A stretch of DNA of 62,821 bases, counting the filler, from Octopus bimaculoides (Eukaryota): the NCBI RefSeq assembly GCF_001194135.2. It is 6 parts of 6 records of this genome, joined end to end, with 100 filler letters (N's around TTAATTAATTAA, not from the genome) between each part and the next. Parts side by side here need not be neighbours in the genome. Positions count along the whole stretch, not along the records: positions 60,987 to 62,821 come from NW_026432005.1; 5 more parts are not named here. One strand, 5' to 3'. The notes under the pieces were generated by a model. It worked only from the letters and a program-made list of their open reading frames with translations. It was not told where the DNA came from and did no database searches. Shown here in pieces: positions 61,713 to 62,821 of this stretch. The position numbers were made by a program, and so were the translations under genes. How positions within the stretch are numbered: position 1 is the stretch's first letter; every line of letters starts with the position of its first letter.

Positions 61713-62036
61713 GCCTGCTCATGAAATTAACGTGCAAGTGGCTGAGCACTCCACAGACACGTGTACCCTTAACGTAGTTCTCGGGGATATTCAGCGTGAC
61801 ACAGTGTGACAAGGCTGGCCCTTTGAATTACAGGCACAACAGAAACAGGAAGTAGGAGTGAGAGAAAGTTGTGGTGAAAGAGTACAGCAGGGTTCGCCAC
61901 CATCCCCTGCCGGCGCCTCGTGGAGCTTTAGGTGTTTTCACTCAATAAACACTCACAACGCTCAGTCTGGGAGTCGAAACCGCGATCCTATGACCGCGAG
62001 TCCGCTGCCCTAACCACTGGGCCATTGCGCCTCCAC
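61713..62036 (-). mobile_element. tRNA-derived SINE (OR-like octopus family), young full-length copy
   Basis: Head gtggaggcgcaatggcccagtggttagggcagcggactcgcggtcataggatcgcggtttcgactccc with A and B boxes; CpG-rich. Confidence 0.85.
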
Positions 62037-62821
62037 ACGACAGCACCTATGCGTATACAAATATACATTTTCGGAAAACATTTTTGAGACGAATTACTCA
62101 TGATAACTATTATTGATTTATCTCTAAATTATTTTAATAATGATCAAAACAATTAAATTATTAGACTTCGACAACAAAGCTAAATTAATAAGTAAGCATT
62201 ATTCAAAATTAATATACTAAAATTATACTCCACTTAGCTTCTCAAGTTTTATCATAAAGGCAATATCTAGTTACGTATCGAATAAACCTTCCTATATTTA
62301 CAATATATACTATAAAAACAAAACTAACTTGTATTTCTACTAAAACAATTTGTATCGTTAGTGACATGTCTGGCTTTCACTCGGAGACACTGGTTTTTTT
62401 TATTAATTTTAAGTAATTTTAAAGGACTAAAATATCAAGTTTACTATTTTTTACTGTTTTGTTGTTACATAATCTTTTCCAGGTTAGATTTATACATACA
62501 CACAAACAGATATTGATATATGTAAATGTGCGTGTGCATGTGTGTGTGTGTGTATGAGTGTGTGTGTGTATGTGAATATGCACACATGTATATATGTACA
62601 TCTATATATATGCAGACTTTTTCACACACACACACACACACGTGTAAGTAAATGTGTGTGTGAGTATATATATATACACATACATATTTATATATGTACA
62701 CACTTGTTTATATATATATATATATATATATATGTATACATATATGTATATATATACGTATTTATATATACGTATTTATATATATGTATATATATATACG
62801 TATTTATATATATATATATAT

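Noticed and set aside
61960-62036. tRNA-Arg-like gene
   Set aside because: Continues directly into a SINE body; acceptor and anticodon stems are not canonical

Overview
AT-rich, microsatellite-saturated animal genomic DNA. The repeat families look like octopus/coleoid cephalopod, judged from recall and not verified by a search. The window is not one contiguous contig: five identical 100-bp spacers (44 N + TTAATTAATTAA + 44 N) join six segments (1-18799, 18900-34123, 34224-51627, 51728-57750, 57851-60886, 60987-62821). Nearly all ORFs in the supplied track are microsatellite or N-gap artefacts. The real content is (i) many tRNA-derived SINEs (working labels A, B, C and an OR-like family), (ii) decayed RTE, CR1-type and R4/Dong-like LINE fragments, (iii) three Penelope-like (GIY-YIG) retroelement copies, two with inverted 5' parts, plus several minimal hammerhead-ribozyme (HHR) motifs, (iv) DD37D/maT, mariner and hAT DNA-transposon remnants, and (v) two phase-compatible candidate coding exons (34357-34418, 39609-39724) of an unidentified + strand gene inside a strongly CpG-depleted segment. 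The most interesting object is a 406-bp insertion (14049-14454) with a perfect 12-bp target-site duplication. It combines a Pol III tRNA-like head, an HHR-like core and a Penelope-style inverted 5' extension, making it a candidate Penelope-mobilised SINE. No intact tRNA, rRNA, CRISPR array or complete protein-coding gene is supported.
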